In this document: positions 40,089 to 50,856 of the stretch, piece after piece
How positions within the stretch are numbered: position 1 is the first letter of the stretch
Layout: the number at the start of each line of letters is the position of its first letter
Assembly: GCA_048213135.1 (NCBI GenBank)
Contig: PS015010.1
Span: 186,001-250,000 of the forward strand
Direction of reading: 5' to 3'
DNA length: 64,000 nt
Source of the DNA: Reclinomonas americana ATCC 50394
Taxonomy: Eukaryota
The notes under the pieces: generated by a model
Told to the model about the DNA's origin: nothing
Database searches by the model: none
What the model saw: only the letters and a program-made list of their open reading frames with translations
Made by a program: the position numbers and the translations under genes

Positions 40089-40349
40089 TTAGTTCTTTTT
40101 ACCGGCAGCAGCTGGTTTGGTTTTGCGGGCAAAAGTCTTCTGTGCAGGTTTAGTTGCAGCAGCGTTGCTGAACCTTGCGCCGGCAGTGGTGGAAGTAGCT
40201 TCGGTTTGTTGTTTTGCAGATGCTGCAGGTGTAGCTTTTTTAGCAACAACTGATTTAGATTGTGCTGGCACCGCCTGGTCGGCAGCCTGAGCGCATGCAA
40301 CAGAAGCAGATCCAAGTACAATAGCAGAAACGAGTAATAATTTTTTCAT
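40089..40349 (-). CDS. Small secreted Ala/Lys-rich hypothetical protein
   Basis: Signal peptide MKKLLLVSAIVLGSASVACAQ, low-complexity basic mature part, own terminator. Confidence 0.75.
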   Translation of the reverse strand: MKKLLLVSAIVLGSASVACAQAADQAVPAQSKSVVAKKATPAASAKQQTEATSTTAGARFSNAAATKPAQKTFARKTKPAAAGKKN

Positions 40350-40442
40350 GTTGTAATTTTTTATATGGTAAAAATATATGGCTCTTTACAAATATAGGGA
40401 CAATTTACTCATTTAGATCATATCAGGGTTATTTTTTCTGCC

Positions 40443-41099
40443 TCACAGGCTCTGCAGCAGGAGTTCATTAAAATTCTGCAGCGATGATATCCGCAGGTCG
40501 GCTGCACCCCAGGCCGGGCGCTGAGCGTCATGCGGTGAAGGCACAATAATGCATTTCATCCGTGCCGCTTTCGCGGCGATCATACCATTGAAAGAATCTT
40601 CAAAACATATACAGGAAGATGGATGCGACCCCAGCCCTGCTGCACAATCCAGGTATACCTGCGGATGCGGCTTCCCATAGGGCAGGCCTTCGGCCGAGGC
40701 AATGAACTGGAGGTGACTGCCAATACCCAGCAGTCGCACGGCCTCATCAATTACAGCCCTGCCCGATGAAGTGGCCATCCCGATTTTAAACTGTTTACCC
40801 AGGAAAAAATTAAGGATGTGTGCAACACCCGGCATGGGTCTGCCTTTCTGCCTGATCAGTTCCACCACCTGGGCGATGATCTTTTGTTCGGCATCCTGCG
40901 CATCGGCACCGGAAAATTTAAAATACCGGAACCAGTGATCCACAAACTCACGTGTACGCAAACCTGTTGTGGTGCTGTATAACTGGGGAGAAAGATGAAG
41001 ACCGTAATCCCGGAATACCCTGTCGGCGGCTTCCTGCCATAAAGGTTCGGAATCGATCAGTAAACCATCCATGTCAAAGATGACGGTGTTCCATTGCAT
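40443..41099 (-). CDS. hxpB: HAD-family hexitol/2-deoxyglucose-6-phosphate phosphatase
   Basis: IFDMDGLLIDSEPLW, GKPHPQVY, FEDSFNGMIAAKAARM; TACCTTTG box just upstream. Confidence 0.85.
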   Translation of the reverse strand: MQWNTVIFDMDGLLIDSEPLWQEAADRVFRDYGLHLSPQLYSTTTGLRTREFVDHWFRYFKFSGADAQDAEQKIIAQVVELIRQKGRPMPGVAHILNFFLGKQFKIGMATSSGRAVIDEAVRLLGIGSHLQFIASAEGLPYGKPHPQVYLDCAAGLGSHPSSCICFEDSFNGMIAAKAARMKCIIVPSPHDAQRPAWGAADLRISSLQNFNELLLQSL

Positions 41100-41256
41100 A
41101 CGGCAAAGGTACCGCAGGGAAAATAAAAATTAAAAAATCAAAAAGATGGATTTCTGCGTAAACTCAGCGCTCTCCTTTTCTCTGCGTTAAAAAAATTGTT
41201 CCGCAGGAACAATCCATTAAATTGCAGCTTTGGTTGATAATAAACTGTTGCCAGGA

Positions 41257-42000
41257 ATGAGTAAATGGAAGAATAAATTAAAGGAGTCGCGGCTGATCAA
41301 GGGTACGGTGTATTCACTGGTAGGCGCTTTTTCTTACCCGGGATTGAATATGATCAACCGGCTGGAGATAAAAGGAATGGAGCAATTAAGAGAGCTGCCC
41401 AGGAGCAATGTGCTGTTTGTATCCAATCACCAGACCTACTTCGCTGAAGTGATCGCCCTGCTGCATGTATTCTGCGCCGTGAGCTGGGGTAAAAAAAGAA
41501 AACTCGGCTTCCCGTTCTACCTGTTGTGGCCTTACATCAAAGTTAATTTTGTTTCCGCCGAAGAAACAATGAAGAAGAGCCTCATGAATAAATTCTTCGC
41601 ACTGGCAGGATCCATTATGGTGAAAAGGGTATGGGTGCAGGATGGTAAGGAAACCCGCAAGGGACTTGATCCCAGCGATACCCGCAAAATATTCCAGGCA
41701 CTGGATAAGAACTGGGTCATCACTTTTCCGCAGGGAACCACCACGCCATTCGCCCCTGGCAGGAAAGGAACAGCCTTCATTATCAAACAACACCGCCCCA
41801 TTGTGATACCCATAGTGGTGGACGGCTTTTCTGAAGCCTTTGAAAAAAAGGGGCTTAAACTGAAAAATAAAAAGACGAAATTATCCATCACCTTCAAACC
41901 TCCCATGGTGATCGATTACGAACAAAGTAATGAGGAAATACTCGAACAGGTAATGGATGCAATTGAGCAGAGTAAGAAGTTTATGCCGGAGAAAAATTAA
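41257..42000 (+). CDS. Lysophospholipid acyltransferase family protein (PlsC-like)
   Basis: FVSNHQTYFAE, ITFPQGTT, VIPIV. Alternative TTG start at 41230. Confidence 0.85.
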   Translation: MSKWKNKLKESRLIKGTVYSLVGAFSYPGLNMINRLEIKGMEQLRELPRSNVLFVSNHQTYFAEVIALLHVFCAVSWGKKRKLGFPFYLLWPYIKVNFVSAEETMKKSLMNKFFALAGSIMVKRVWVQDGKETRKGLDPSDTRKIFQALDKNWVITFPQGTTTPFAPGRKGTAFIIKQHRPIVIPIVVDGFSEAFEKKGLKLKNKKTKLSITFKPPMVIDYEQSNEEILEQVMDAIEQSKKFMPEKN

Positions 42001-42078
42001 TTCAAAAGTAAAAAGTAAAAATGCAAAAAAGTACAAGCCGGGTTACGGTACTTTTTACTTTTGAATTTTGATTTTTTA
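41999..42078. repeat. Inverted pair of heptamer arrays with a 19-bp perfect inverted repeat
   Basis: aattcaaaagtaaaaagta (41999-42017) is the reverse complement of tactttttacttttgaatt (42049-42067). Confidence 0.85.
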
Positions 42079-42585
42079 CTTTACAAACAACGCCTTCAGC
42101 TCCTCCGCATCCTGCGCTTTCATCTTACCACCCAGTACCAGTCTTAACTGCCGCCTGCGCAACGCACCGTCGAAGAGCCTTTTCTCTTCTTCAGTCTCGG
42201 GCAACAACTGGTTTACCGAACGCGGTTTGCCATTGGGATCGAGCGCAACAAAAGTGTAATAGGCTTCATTGCTTTTATAACGGTATTGCTGTATGGCGTC
42301 TTCTCCCCAAACATTCAGGTGTACTTCCATACTGCTGTTAAATGCACGGGTAACTTTAGCTTCAATGTGTACCACGTTGCCTATTTTAATGGGGTTCTCA
42401 AAAGAGATATTATCAACGGAAGCGGTAACCACCGGCGCTGCGCAATGCTTCATGGCGGCGAGCGCCGCGGCGATGTCCATCCAGTACATCAGGCGGCCAC
42501 CCATAAGGTTCCCGAAATTGTTGGTATCATTGGGCAATACCAGTTCTGTCATAACCACCAGCGATTCAGCAGCTTTCTTTTCCAT
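42076..42585 (-). CDS. Acyl-CoA thioesterase (hotdog fold, YciA-like)
   Basis: VLPNDTNNFGNLMGG, WMD, VVTASVD, SSMEV, TFVALD. Confidence 0.93.
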   Translation of the reverse strand: MEKKAAESLVVMTELVLPNDTNNFGNLMGGRLMYWMDIAAALAAMKHCAAPVVTASVDNISFENPIKIGNVVHIEAKVTRAFNSSMEVHLNVWGEDAIQQYRYKSNEAYYTFVALDPNGKPRSVNQLLPETEEEKRLFDGALRRRQLRLVLGGKMKAQDAEELKALFVK

Positions 42586-42682
42586 AAAAAATTTTTGCAA
42601 AGATCGGGTGCAATTATGAATTATGAGTTATGAATTTGGTAATTACATCTCTTATTCCGCATTCCGCATCTGGGATGACGGC

Positions 42683-42764
42683 GTCGCTGGTCGGAGACCA
42701 GGCAACGGCATTCTGAATCTTAATCTGGTATAACGACGTCGCTGGTCGAAGACCAGGCAACGGC
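42683..42764. repeat. Two copies of REP-like hairpin B with heptamer flanks
   Basis: gtcgctggtcgRagaccaggcaacggc at 42683-42709 and 42738-42764; same family as 20154-20180. Confidence 0.88.
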
Positions 42765-42856
42765 ATCCGCATCTTACATCCCGCATCTTCCGTTCCTCAT
42801 TTATTATTTGGTGGTTCGTTGTCCTTTTTCGAATTTCGGTCATTGAATTGCTATTT

Positions 42857-44089
42857 ATGAATCAACAAGCGCCTGTCTCTTTCGATAATACCGAGTACGC
42901 TTTCGCAGCCAAATCCGATAAAGAACTTAAAAAAGCACATTTCCTCTTTAATGCCATGGGCAAACCCTGGCTGGTGAAACTGGGGCTGAAATTTACCCCG
43001 CTCGCCATCCGCTGGAAACTGCCCTTCACCCGGTCTGTTATCCGTTCTACCATATTTCAGCAATTTGTTGGTGGTGAAACACTGGAAGAAACATCCGTAG
43101 TGGCCAAAAAACTGGGCGAATACCATGTAGATGTGATCCTTGATTATGGTGTGGAAGGCGGCGATGATGGCGAGGCCGGTTTTGATCATGCCACGCAGGA
43201 ATTCATCAGGGTGATCCGCTATGCAGCTACCCAGCCCAATATTCCTTTTATGAGTATCAAGGTAACCGGTTTTTCGAGGTTTACCCTGCTGGAAAAGATC
43301 GACAGCCTGATGGAAAAAGGAGCCGGCAGCCTGATGAAACGCTACCTGCATGCGATAGACAGCCTGCCGGAAGATGAAAGTGAAGAATGGCACCGCGTAC
43401 GGCTGCGCATGCTGCGCATCTGCGAGGCCGCGGCAGAGAACAGGGTAGGCGTACTGGTAGATGCCGAAGAGACCTGGATACAGGACCCAGTAGATGCATT
43501 GACGATGCTGATGATGGACAGTTTCAATAAAGAACAGGCCGTTATTTATAATACCATACAGTTGTACCGCCACGACAGGCTCCGTTTCCTGGAGCAATCC
43601 TATGAAGCGGCTGAAGAAAGGAATTTTATCCTGGGTGCCAAGATCGTAAGGGGCGCTTACATGGAAAAAGAGCGCAACCGTGCAGCAACCATGGGGTATC
43701 CTTCTCCCATTCAACCCGATAAAGAATCGTCTGACAGGGACTATAATGCCGCCCTGGCTTTTTCTGTAGACCGCATCAGCCGCATCGCCCTGATTGTAGC
43801 CTCTCATAATGAACACAGTAACCTGCTGGCCACCGAATTGCTGCAGCAAAAAGACATTTCCTTCAAACATCCGCATATCCATTTCTCCCAGTTATACGGG
43901 ATGAGCGATAACATTACTTTCAACCTGGCCAAACTGGGCTGTTCGGTAAGTAAATATTTGCCTTTTGGTCCTATTGCAGATGTAATACCCTACCTCATGC
44001 GCAGGGCCCAGGAAAACAGCTCCGTATCTGGTCAAACCGGCAGGGAACTGGGGCTTATAAAGAAAGAAGTAAAAAGACGACGCCTGTAA
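42857..44089 (+). CDS. Proline dehydrogenase (monofunctional)
   Basis: QFVGGE, SIKVT, VDAEE, KIVRGAY, ASHN, QLYGM, YLPFG, YLMRRAQEN. Confidence 0.93.
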   Translation: MNQQAPVSFDNTEYAFAAKSDKELKKAHFLFNAMGKPWLVKLGLKFTPLAIRWKLPFTRSVIRSTIFQQFVGGETLEETSVVAKKLGEYHVDVILDYGVEGGDDGEAGFDHATQEFIRVIRYAATQPNIPFMSIKVTGFSRFTLLEKIDSLMEKGAGSLMKRYLHAIDSLPEDESEEWHRVRLRMLRICEAAAENRVGVLVDAEETWIQDPVDALTMLMMDSFNKEQAVIYNTIQLYRHDRLRFLEQSYEAAEERNFILGAKIVRGAYMEKERNRAATMGYPSPIQPDKESSDRDYNAALAFSVDRISRIALIVASHNEHSNLLATELLQQKDISFKHPHIHFSQLYGMSDNITFNLAKLGCSVSKYLPFGPIADVIPYLMRRAQENSSVSGQTGRELGLIKKEVKRRRL

Positions 44090-44151
44090 TTTTTTTTGAC
44101 CGCCTTTACTACGTATAGCAGATAAAATCTATCTTTGGCCGACCGAGACTA

Positions 44152-46609
44152 ATGCTATTACCGTTGCGATTTATACCTCTATTGATTCTGTGCGTTATGG
44201 CTGTTGTTCTGCGAGGTCAGGTAAGAACGCTGCCGGCCGTGAAGATCACCCAAACCATCCGTATCGACGGCAACCCTGATGATGCCGCCTGGCAGGGCAT
44301 TGAACCCGTTTCCGACTTTATTACTTCCAGCCCCGCTTTCGGGCAGCCTTCCACTCATAAAACACTGGTTAAGATCGCGTACGACAATACAGCCGTTTAT
44401 GTACTGGCCTATATGTACGACAACCCCGCCAATATTCGTAAACAGCTGACAGCCAGGGATGTGATTGACAGGCAGGACGCTGATTTTTTCACCGTTGGAC
44501 TGGATACCTACCAGGACCGGCAGAATGCCTTCGTTTTCCGTGTTACCGCGGCGGGTGTGCAGGGCGATGCCAAGGAATCCAAGGGCGGTGAGGTATTTGA
44601 CCAGGCATGGGACGCCGTATGGGAAAGCAAAACATCCATCAAACACGATGGCTGGGTAGCCGAGATCAGGATACCCTTCAGCGCCATCCGTTTCTCCAAA
44701 AAAAAATGTACAGGACTGGGGCCTCAATTTCGCCCGTTTCATCCGCAAGGAAAATGAGAACAGCATCTGGAACCCCGTTAACCCCAACATCAGCGGCGAT
44801 ATTAACCAGTGGGGTAACTGGACCGGCCTGCAGAATATTGTTCCGCCATTGCGACTGTCTTTCCTGCCTTATCTCTCCGGTGGTATACGTGTTTCGCCTA
44901 CCAATAACGGCAGAGTAACGGAGTATCCCAAAAGCGGGGGTATGGACCTGAAGTATGGTATCAACGAAAGTTTCACACTCGACATGACCCTCATCCCTGA
45001 TTTTGCACAGGTGCAGAGTGATAACGTGTTCCTGAACCTTTCACCCTTCCAGGTAAAATTCGATGACTACCGGCCCTTCTTCACCGAAGGCACCGAACTG
45101 TTCAATAAAGCCGGGCTTTTTTATTCGAGGCGGATCGGTGCTTCGCCCAAAGGTGTGTACGACATCCTTTATAATTACAGCGATACGCCTGATTACAAGA
45201 TCATCAAAAACCCCGGCATCACCAGGCTGTATAACGCCACCAAATTATCGGGCCGCACCCGCAGCAACCTGGGCATCGGCATATTCAATGCATTGTCGGC
45301 ACCCATGTATGCCAAAGTGCGCAACCTGAATACCGGCGAAGACAGCAGCATACTTACAGAACCCTTCACCAACTACAACATCATTGTACTGGACCAGGCA
45401 TTGAAGAACCGTTCTTCTGTTACCTTCACCAATACCAATGTACTGCGCAAGGGCAACAGCCGCAATGCCAATGTAAGCAGCGTCGACATATCCCTGTTCG
45501 ATAAAAAGAACATGCACAATTTTTCCTTCACCGGCAAATACAGCGCCATATGGGGAAAAGAAAGTAACAGTAACGGATATACGACGGCAGCCACCTACGG
45601 TAAGGTGAGCGGGCTGATACAATATGAAGCAGGACTGGTAGTGGAAAGCGACAAGTACGATCCCAACGACCTGGGTTATATCGAAAACAACAACTCGCTG
45701 GAGTACTACGGCAATATCAGTTACAATAAACTCAAGCCCACCAAACATTTCCTGAACCATTCTTTCGGACTGCGGCTGAACAATGTTTATTTATACAAAC
45801 CTTTCCGCTGGTCGGAGTTAAAAATCAATGCCAATGCATTCTTCCTTTTCAAGAATTTCTGGGATGTGAGCATCAGCTTCCAGACCAACCCCATGTGGAC
45901 CAATGATTTCTTTTTTCATACTTCCGTGTACGACGGGTATTTCCTGAAAAGAGCGCCCTACTATTACCTGGGTACGAATGGCAGTACAGACAGCCGGAAG
46001 AAATTATATATCAACTGGGCGCTGGGTGGCGCTGAATCGCCATTGCCACGAGACCCTTACTGGGAAGGAACTTTAGGCATCCGTTACCGCTTCAACGATA
46101 AGCTGCAGGTAAGCGGCAGTATGAGCGTGGTGCAGGACAGGGGCAACTGGGGCTGGTCGTTTGAAAATGACGGTATAACCGGTGCGCCGCTTATTGCAAG
46201 AAGGAATAACAAAACCAACACCACCATCCTCAGCGCTCAATACAGTTTTACTCCGCGGATGAACTGGACGGTAAGAATGCGGCACTACTGGTCACATATC
46301 GAGAACACCAATTTCTATGACCCGAAAGCCGACGGGTACTGGACTGAAAGAGCGTTTATGCCTGGCCGTGATATCAACTTCAACATCTTCAATGTGGATA
46401 TGTTCTATACCTGGGACTTCCTGCTGGGCAGCCGTCTTACCATTGCCTGGAAGAACGCGCTGGGTTCCAATGTAAACATCGATCCCTACAAAAATAACCG
46501 CTATACCCGTAACCTGGGACAGGTCCTCGACAACCCGCACAGCAACGAACTCACCGTTAAAATCGTTTATTTTCTCGACTACCTTAAGCTGAAAAGAAAG
46601 AAAGCCTGA
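44152..46609 (+). pseudogene. CBM9-like plus DUF5916 outer membrane protein, split by a 1-nt frameshift
   Basis: IDGNPDDAAW, WDAVWES, WVAEIRIPFSAIRF, then GMDLKYG, PDFAQV, RPFFTEG, FYSRRIG. Removing one A from the A9 run at 44698-44706 gives FSKKNVQDWGLNFARFIRKENE and one 818-aa frame. Confidence 0.85.
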
Positions 46610-46689
46610 TTGTCATACGTGTATTAAATGTTTACAGCGGGTTTTGAATTGCCAGCGAAACATATTATTTTGGAAAAAAAACAACCAAC

Positions 46690-47196
46690 ATGAATACTGA
46701 AACATCTAACGATTTCCTGTCCGAAGACGTAACGGCCAAACCCAAGTTACCTTCCGGGCTTAACGTGCTCACCATCTTAACTTTTGTAGGGTGCGCTATT
46801 GAACTTTACAATGTTGTCAGCAATTTTTTGCAGGGAAGAAAAGGTATTGAAGAGTTAGAGAAGGCGCAGGAAAAATTGGCGGATGCACCGGCCTGGGCGC
46901 AAAAAATGGCTGGTCCCGAGATTATGGAAATGGCAAAGAAAGCTTACGAGAACAGGTTGCCGTTGTTCATTATCGGTCTTATAGCGGTAGGCTTATGCCT
47001 GTACGGGGCTATTGAAATGAGGAAGCTTAAAATGCAGGGATATTATATGTGGCTCATCGGTGAAATACTGCCGTGGGTATGCACAATCATCTTTATTGGC
47101 GGGGTGTTCTTCAAAACATGGATCGCCTTTATGATGATCATTCCAATTATTTTCATCCTGCTGTATACATTGCAGCGGAAGCACCTGGTAAAATAA
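46690..47196 (+). CDS. Hypothetical membrane protein (about 4 TM segments)
   Basis: LNVLTILTFVG and three further hydrophobic segments; terminator follows. Confidence 0.8.
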   Translation: MNTETSNDFLSEDVTAKPKLPSGLNVLTILTFVGCAIELYNVVSNFLQGRKGIEELEKAQEKLADAPAWAQKMAGPEIMEMAKKAYENRLPLFIIGLIAVGLCLYGAIEMRKLKMQGYYMWLIGEILPWVCTIIFIGGVFFKTWIAFMMIIPIIFILLYTLQRKHLVK

Positions 47197-47214
47197 ATAC
47201 CACGTTCACAACTT

Positions 47215-47255
47215 ATAAAAAAGAGGCTGATCAATGTGACCAGCCTCTTTTTTAT
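47215..47255. terminator. Bidirectional Rho-independent terminator
   Basis: ataaaaaagaggctg-N11-cagcctcttttttat between convergent genes. Confidence 0.88.
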
Positions 47256-47279
47256 TCATTAAATCAATATCTTTTTTAC

Positions 47280-48476
47280 TTACCAGGCTTTTGTCAAAGT
47301 GCCGTTGAGTATCTTAACGAAATAGAGGTGTTTATTCTCAAAATAATCCGGCACCACGCTTCCTTTCTCCAGCATTACCGGCCTGAAGTTATAATCGGTG
47401 AATACTTTCACAGATTTGTCGTTCAGCTGGCTGATGATATCATCCGGGTATTTAAGCAATAGCTTGGTAAACATATAAGTCGTTTCAAAACCTTTGAAGG
47501 CCATATCGCTGGGCCGTGTTTTGAATTTTTTATTATACCCGTTGATCACGATTTTGCTGTAATTGTCCCACTTGTTGTTGAAGTAAGGGGCCGTATAATA
47601 AATGGGAAAGTCTTCTAGTGTTCCTTTTTTCCTGAGACCGGCGAAGCCATCCCAGGTAGGCATACCAATCAGGGTAAGCGGGTAACTGGCCTGCAGGGTG
47701 TGACAGGCAGTGGCGAGGCTGGTGGCGAAAGCTTCGTCGAGGCTGGCACCAATAATAACGGAGTTCCTGTTGCTGTCGAGTTTCTTTTTTAATACTTCCG
47801 CGGAAAGATTGTCGTCGAAGTTAAGTGTCTGTATATTCAGCAGCGGCTTGCCATCGGGTTCATTCAGTGTTTTGAAATACCCGGCCACTTTATCTTCCTG
47901 CGTACCATTCTGGCGGCAAAGGTATATTTTATCGGTACCATAATTCTGCAGTATAAAACTGTAGATGGCTTCGCAATGCGCTTTCAGGGTGGAGTTCATG
48001 ATCACCAGGAAAGGATTGTTGCTTACACCTGCATCATTGGGGTAAGTGGCGGAAATAAAAGGGATGTTCTTTTGCAGGGAGAAATCGGCCAATTGGCGGA
48101 ACTCTATATCTTTTACACTGCCAATGATGAGATCGAGGCTGTCGAGTTTTTTATTCTGAACCAGGTAAGGAATAGTTTTCGTGTAGGCCTTACTGTCATA
48201 TATGTAAGCTTCTACCTGCTGCCCGCCTGTTTGCAGGGAGTCGAGTGCTATCTGCGCACCCTGTACAAATTCCAGTGCCGGTGCTATGAAACGGGGTATG
48301 CCCTGGGCATAACGGAAATTGCCTTTACTGAATACAGAATCGAGGTACAACGGAGCGAATATACCCACCTTGTACACCCTTCCTGTAACGGTATTGCCAC
48401 CACCCTGAGCTTTCGCGGTTTGCATACCGGTAAGTGCTGCAATGATCATTACCGCGGTCAAAAAAACTTTGTTCAT
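47280..48476 (-). CDS. Periplasmic binding protein type I-like (ABC substrate-binding family) protein
   Basis: Signal peptide; KVGIFAPLYLD, EFVQGAQIALDSL, YIYDS, DLIIG; lies downstream of guaA as often seen in Bacteroidota. Confidence 0.75.
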   Translation of the reverse strand: MNKVFLTAVMIIAALTGMQTAKAQGGGNTVTGRVYKVGIFAPLYLDSVFSKGNFRYAQGIPRFIAPALEFVQGAQIALDSLQTGGQQVEAYIYDSKAYTKTIPYLVQNKKLDSLDLIIGSVKDIEFRQLADFSLQKNIPFISATYPNDAGVSNNPFLVIMNSTLKAHCEAIYSFILQNYGTDKIYLCRQNGTQEDKVAGYFKTLNEPDGKPLLNIQTLNFDDNLSAEVLKKKLDSNRNSVIIGASLDEAFATSLATACHTLQASYPLTLIGMPTWDGFAGLRKKGTLEDFPIYYTAPYFNNKWDNYSKIVINGYNKKFKTRPSDMAFKGFETTYMFTKLLLKYPDDIISQLNDKSVKVFTDYNFRPVMLEKGSVVPDYFENKHLYFVKILNGTLTKAW

Positions 48477-48507
48477 ACTGGTTGTTTCTGGTTAAAGAAC
48501 AAGACGC

Positions 48508-50043
48508 TTATTCCCATTCTATGGTTGCAGGAGGTTTGCTGCTGATATCGTATACCACCCGGTTGATGCCGCGTACATTATTGATGATGGCGTTGGAAAT
48601 GTCGGCCAGGAACTCGTAAGGCAGGTGTGCCCAATCGGCCGTCATGCCATCCACCGATGTAACTGCCCTCAGCGCCACGGTGTATTCGTATGTCCTTTCG
48701 TCGCCCATTACACCCACGCTTTTCACCGGCAGTAATATGGTTCCGGCCTGCCACACTTTATCATACAACTGGTATTGCTTCAACCCGTTGGAATATATAG
48801 CATCTGCATCCTGCAATAACCGTACCTTTTCTTCGGTCACTTCGCCCAGTATGCGAATACCCAGTCCCGGACCCGGGAAAGGATGACGGAACAGCATATC
48901 ATGCGGGATGCCCAGTTCCAGTCCAACCCGTCTTACTTCATCCTTAAAAAGAGAACGAAGCGGTTCCACCAGTCCCAGTTTCATGGTTTCGGGGAGGCCG
49001 CCTACATTATGGTGTGACTTAATGGTAACAGAAGGACCATGCACCGATACCGATTCAATCACGTCGGGATAAATGGTACCCTGTCCCAACAGCTCAACAC
49101 CGGGAATCTGTGCCGCCTCGCGGTCAAAAACCTCTATAAAACCCTGGCCGATGGCTTTTCTTTTAGCCTCGGGGTCGGTCTTGCCGGCGAGTTGTTCGTA
49201 AAAATAAGCCCGGGCGTCAACGCCTTTTACGTTTAGTCCCAGTTGTTTATAGGTAGCCAGTACTTCTTCAAATTCGTTTTTACGGAGCACGCCATTATCT
49301 ACAAATATGCCATACAGGTTATCGCCAATGGCTTTGCTGATGAGGGTAGCTGCTACCGTGCTGTCAACACCCCCGCTCAATCCCATGATCACTTTTTTGT
49401 CGCCGATCTGTTTGCGGAGGGCTTCCACGGTATCGGTGATGAAATGCGCCGCCGTCCAGTCTTTACTGCAGCCGCATACATCTGAAAGAAAATTGCCGAT
49501 GATCTTTTTACCTTCCAGGGTATGGTATACCTCGGGGTGGAACTGTATACCATATATAACATGACTGCCCGCTGTTGTGCTTCTGAACGCGGCCACCGGA
49601 ATACTTTCCGTGGTGCCCAGCAGTTCGAAACCTTCCGGCAGTTCTTTAATGGTATCGCTGTGACTCATCCACACCTGCGAAGAAGGGGAGATGCCGTTGA
49701 GCAGCGCACCGGTCTTCTCCACATTAAGGATAGCCCTGCCATACTCCCTCTTCTCACTTTTGTCGACACGACCGCCAAACAGTTTGGCCGTAAGCTGTGC
49801 GCCGTAGCAAACACCCAGTACGGGCACTTCAGCCAGCATGGCGGCAATATCCACCACCGGGGCCTTTTCCTCATTTACCGAAAAAGGCGATCCCGACAGG
49901 ATCACACCCTTCAGTCCTGGCTCGGGAGTAAAAGGTTTATGGTAGGGGACTATTTCGCAGAATACGTTGGCTTCCCTTACGGCGCGGGCGATCAGCTGGG
50001 TGTATTGCGAACCAAAATCGAGGATGAGTATCTTTTCTGTCAT
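48508..50043 (-). CDS. guaA: Glutamine-hydrolyzing GMP synthase
   Basis: [48 protein letters not shown]. Confidence 0.98.
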   Translation of the reverse strand: MTEKILILDFGSQYTQLIARAVREANVFCEIVPYHKPFTPEPGLKGVILSGSPFSVNEEKAPVVDIAAMLAEVPVLGVCYGAQLTAKLFGGRVDKSEKREYGRAILNVEKTGALLNGISPSSQVWMSHSDTIKELPEGFELLGTTESIPVAAFRSTTAGSHVIYGIQFHPEVYHTLEGKKIIGNFLSDVCGCSKDWTAAHFITDTVEALRKQIGDKKVIMGLSGGVDSTVAATLISKAIGDNLYGIFVDNGVLRKNEFEEVLATYKQLGLNVKGVDARAYFYEQLAGKTDPEAKRKAIGQGFIEVFDREAAQIPGVELLGQGTIYPDVIESVSVHGPSVTIKSHHNVGGLPETMKLGLVEPLRSLFKDEVRRVGLELGIPHDMLFRHPFPGPGLGIRILGEVTEEKVRLLQDADAIYSNGLKQYQLYDKVWQAGTILLPVKSVGVMGDERTYEYTVALRAVTSVDGMTADWAHLPYEFLADISNAIINNVRGINRVVYDISSKPPATIEWE

Positions 50044-50154
50044 AGCGCTGCGAAGGTAAAATAAATGACCGGATGATGATCATAAAAGGCATGTATACTT
50101 CCCTTTTTGCAGTTTATATTTGTGCTATATTTTTAGCCAAAAAACAATTTAGCC

Positions 50155-50856
50155 ATGAAACAACTGATCATTTCTTTTTTTGCCCTGCTCCTGCTGGGCG
50201 GCTGCCATCACGTAACGGGCAGCGGTAACATCATCACCGAAAAACGCGGCACCGGTGAATTCAATGGTGTGGACATCGGCGGCGGGTTTACAGCCGAGGT
50301 ACGTATTGGTTCTGCTACAGAAGTGGTGGTAGAGGCCGATGATAATGTAATAAGCCGCATTAAAACGAATGTGGAGAATGGTATCCTGCATGTGTATACC
50401 CGCGGGTTGAACAATACCACCAACGTACACCTCAAAGTGTACATTACCACACCTGAGCTGACGACGGTAAAAGGTTCCGCTGCGGCAAATGTAGAAGTAC
50501 GGAACCAGATCCAGTCCGGCGGAAAGGTAAAGTTTGCAGCATCAAGCGGGGCTACCGTTCAGGCCGAAGTAGACGCACCCGAAGTGGAAGCGGATGCCAG
50601 CAGCGCCGGAACGCTACAGTTAACGGGGCATACCCGCATGTATGACGCTTCCGCGTCCAGCGGCGCGGGAATCAAAAGCTGGAACCTGATGAGCGAGGAT
50701 ACTAAAGTTTCGGCCAGCAGCGGCGCCAATGCCAGTGTGCATGCCAGTATTAAACTGAGGGCTACGGCCAGCAGCGGGGGCAATGTCTCATATCATGGTG
50801 CTGCCAATGTGGAGATCAATGAAAGCAGCGGGGGAGATGTGAGTAAGAAAGATTAA
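50155..50856 (+). CDS. DUF2807 (head GIN domain) lipoprotein
   Basis: Lipobox LGGC; GSGNIITEKR, VEADDN, repeated ASSG motifs. Confidence 0.85.
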   Translation: MKQLIISFFALLLLGGCHHVTGSGNIITEKRGTGEFNGVDIGGGFTAEVRIGSATEVVVEADDNVISRIKTNVENGILHVYTRGLNNTTNVHLKVYITTPELTTVKGSAAANVEVRNQIQSGGKVKFAASSGATVQAEVDAPEVEADASSAGTLQLTGHTRMYDASASSGAGIKSWNLMSEDTKVSASSGANASVHASIKLRATASSGGNVSYHGAANVEINESSGGDVSKKD

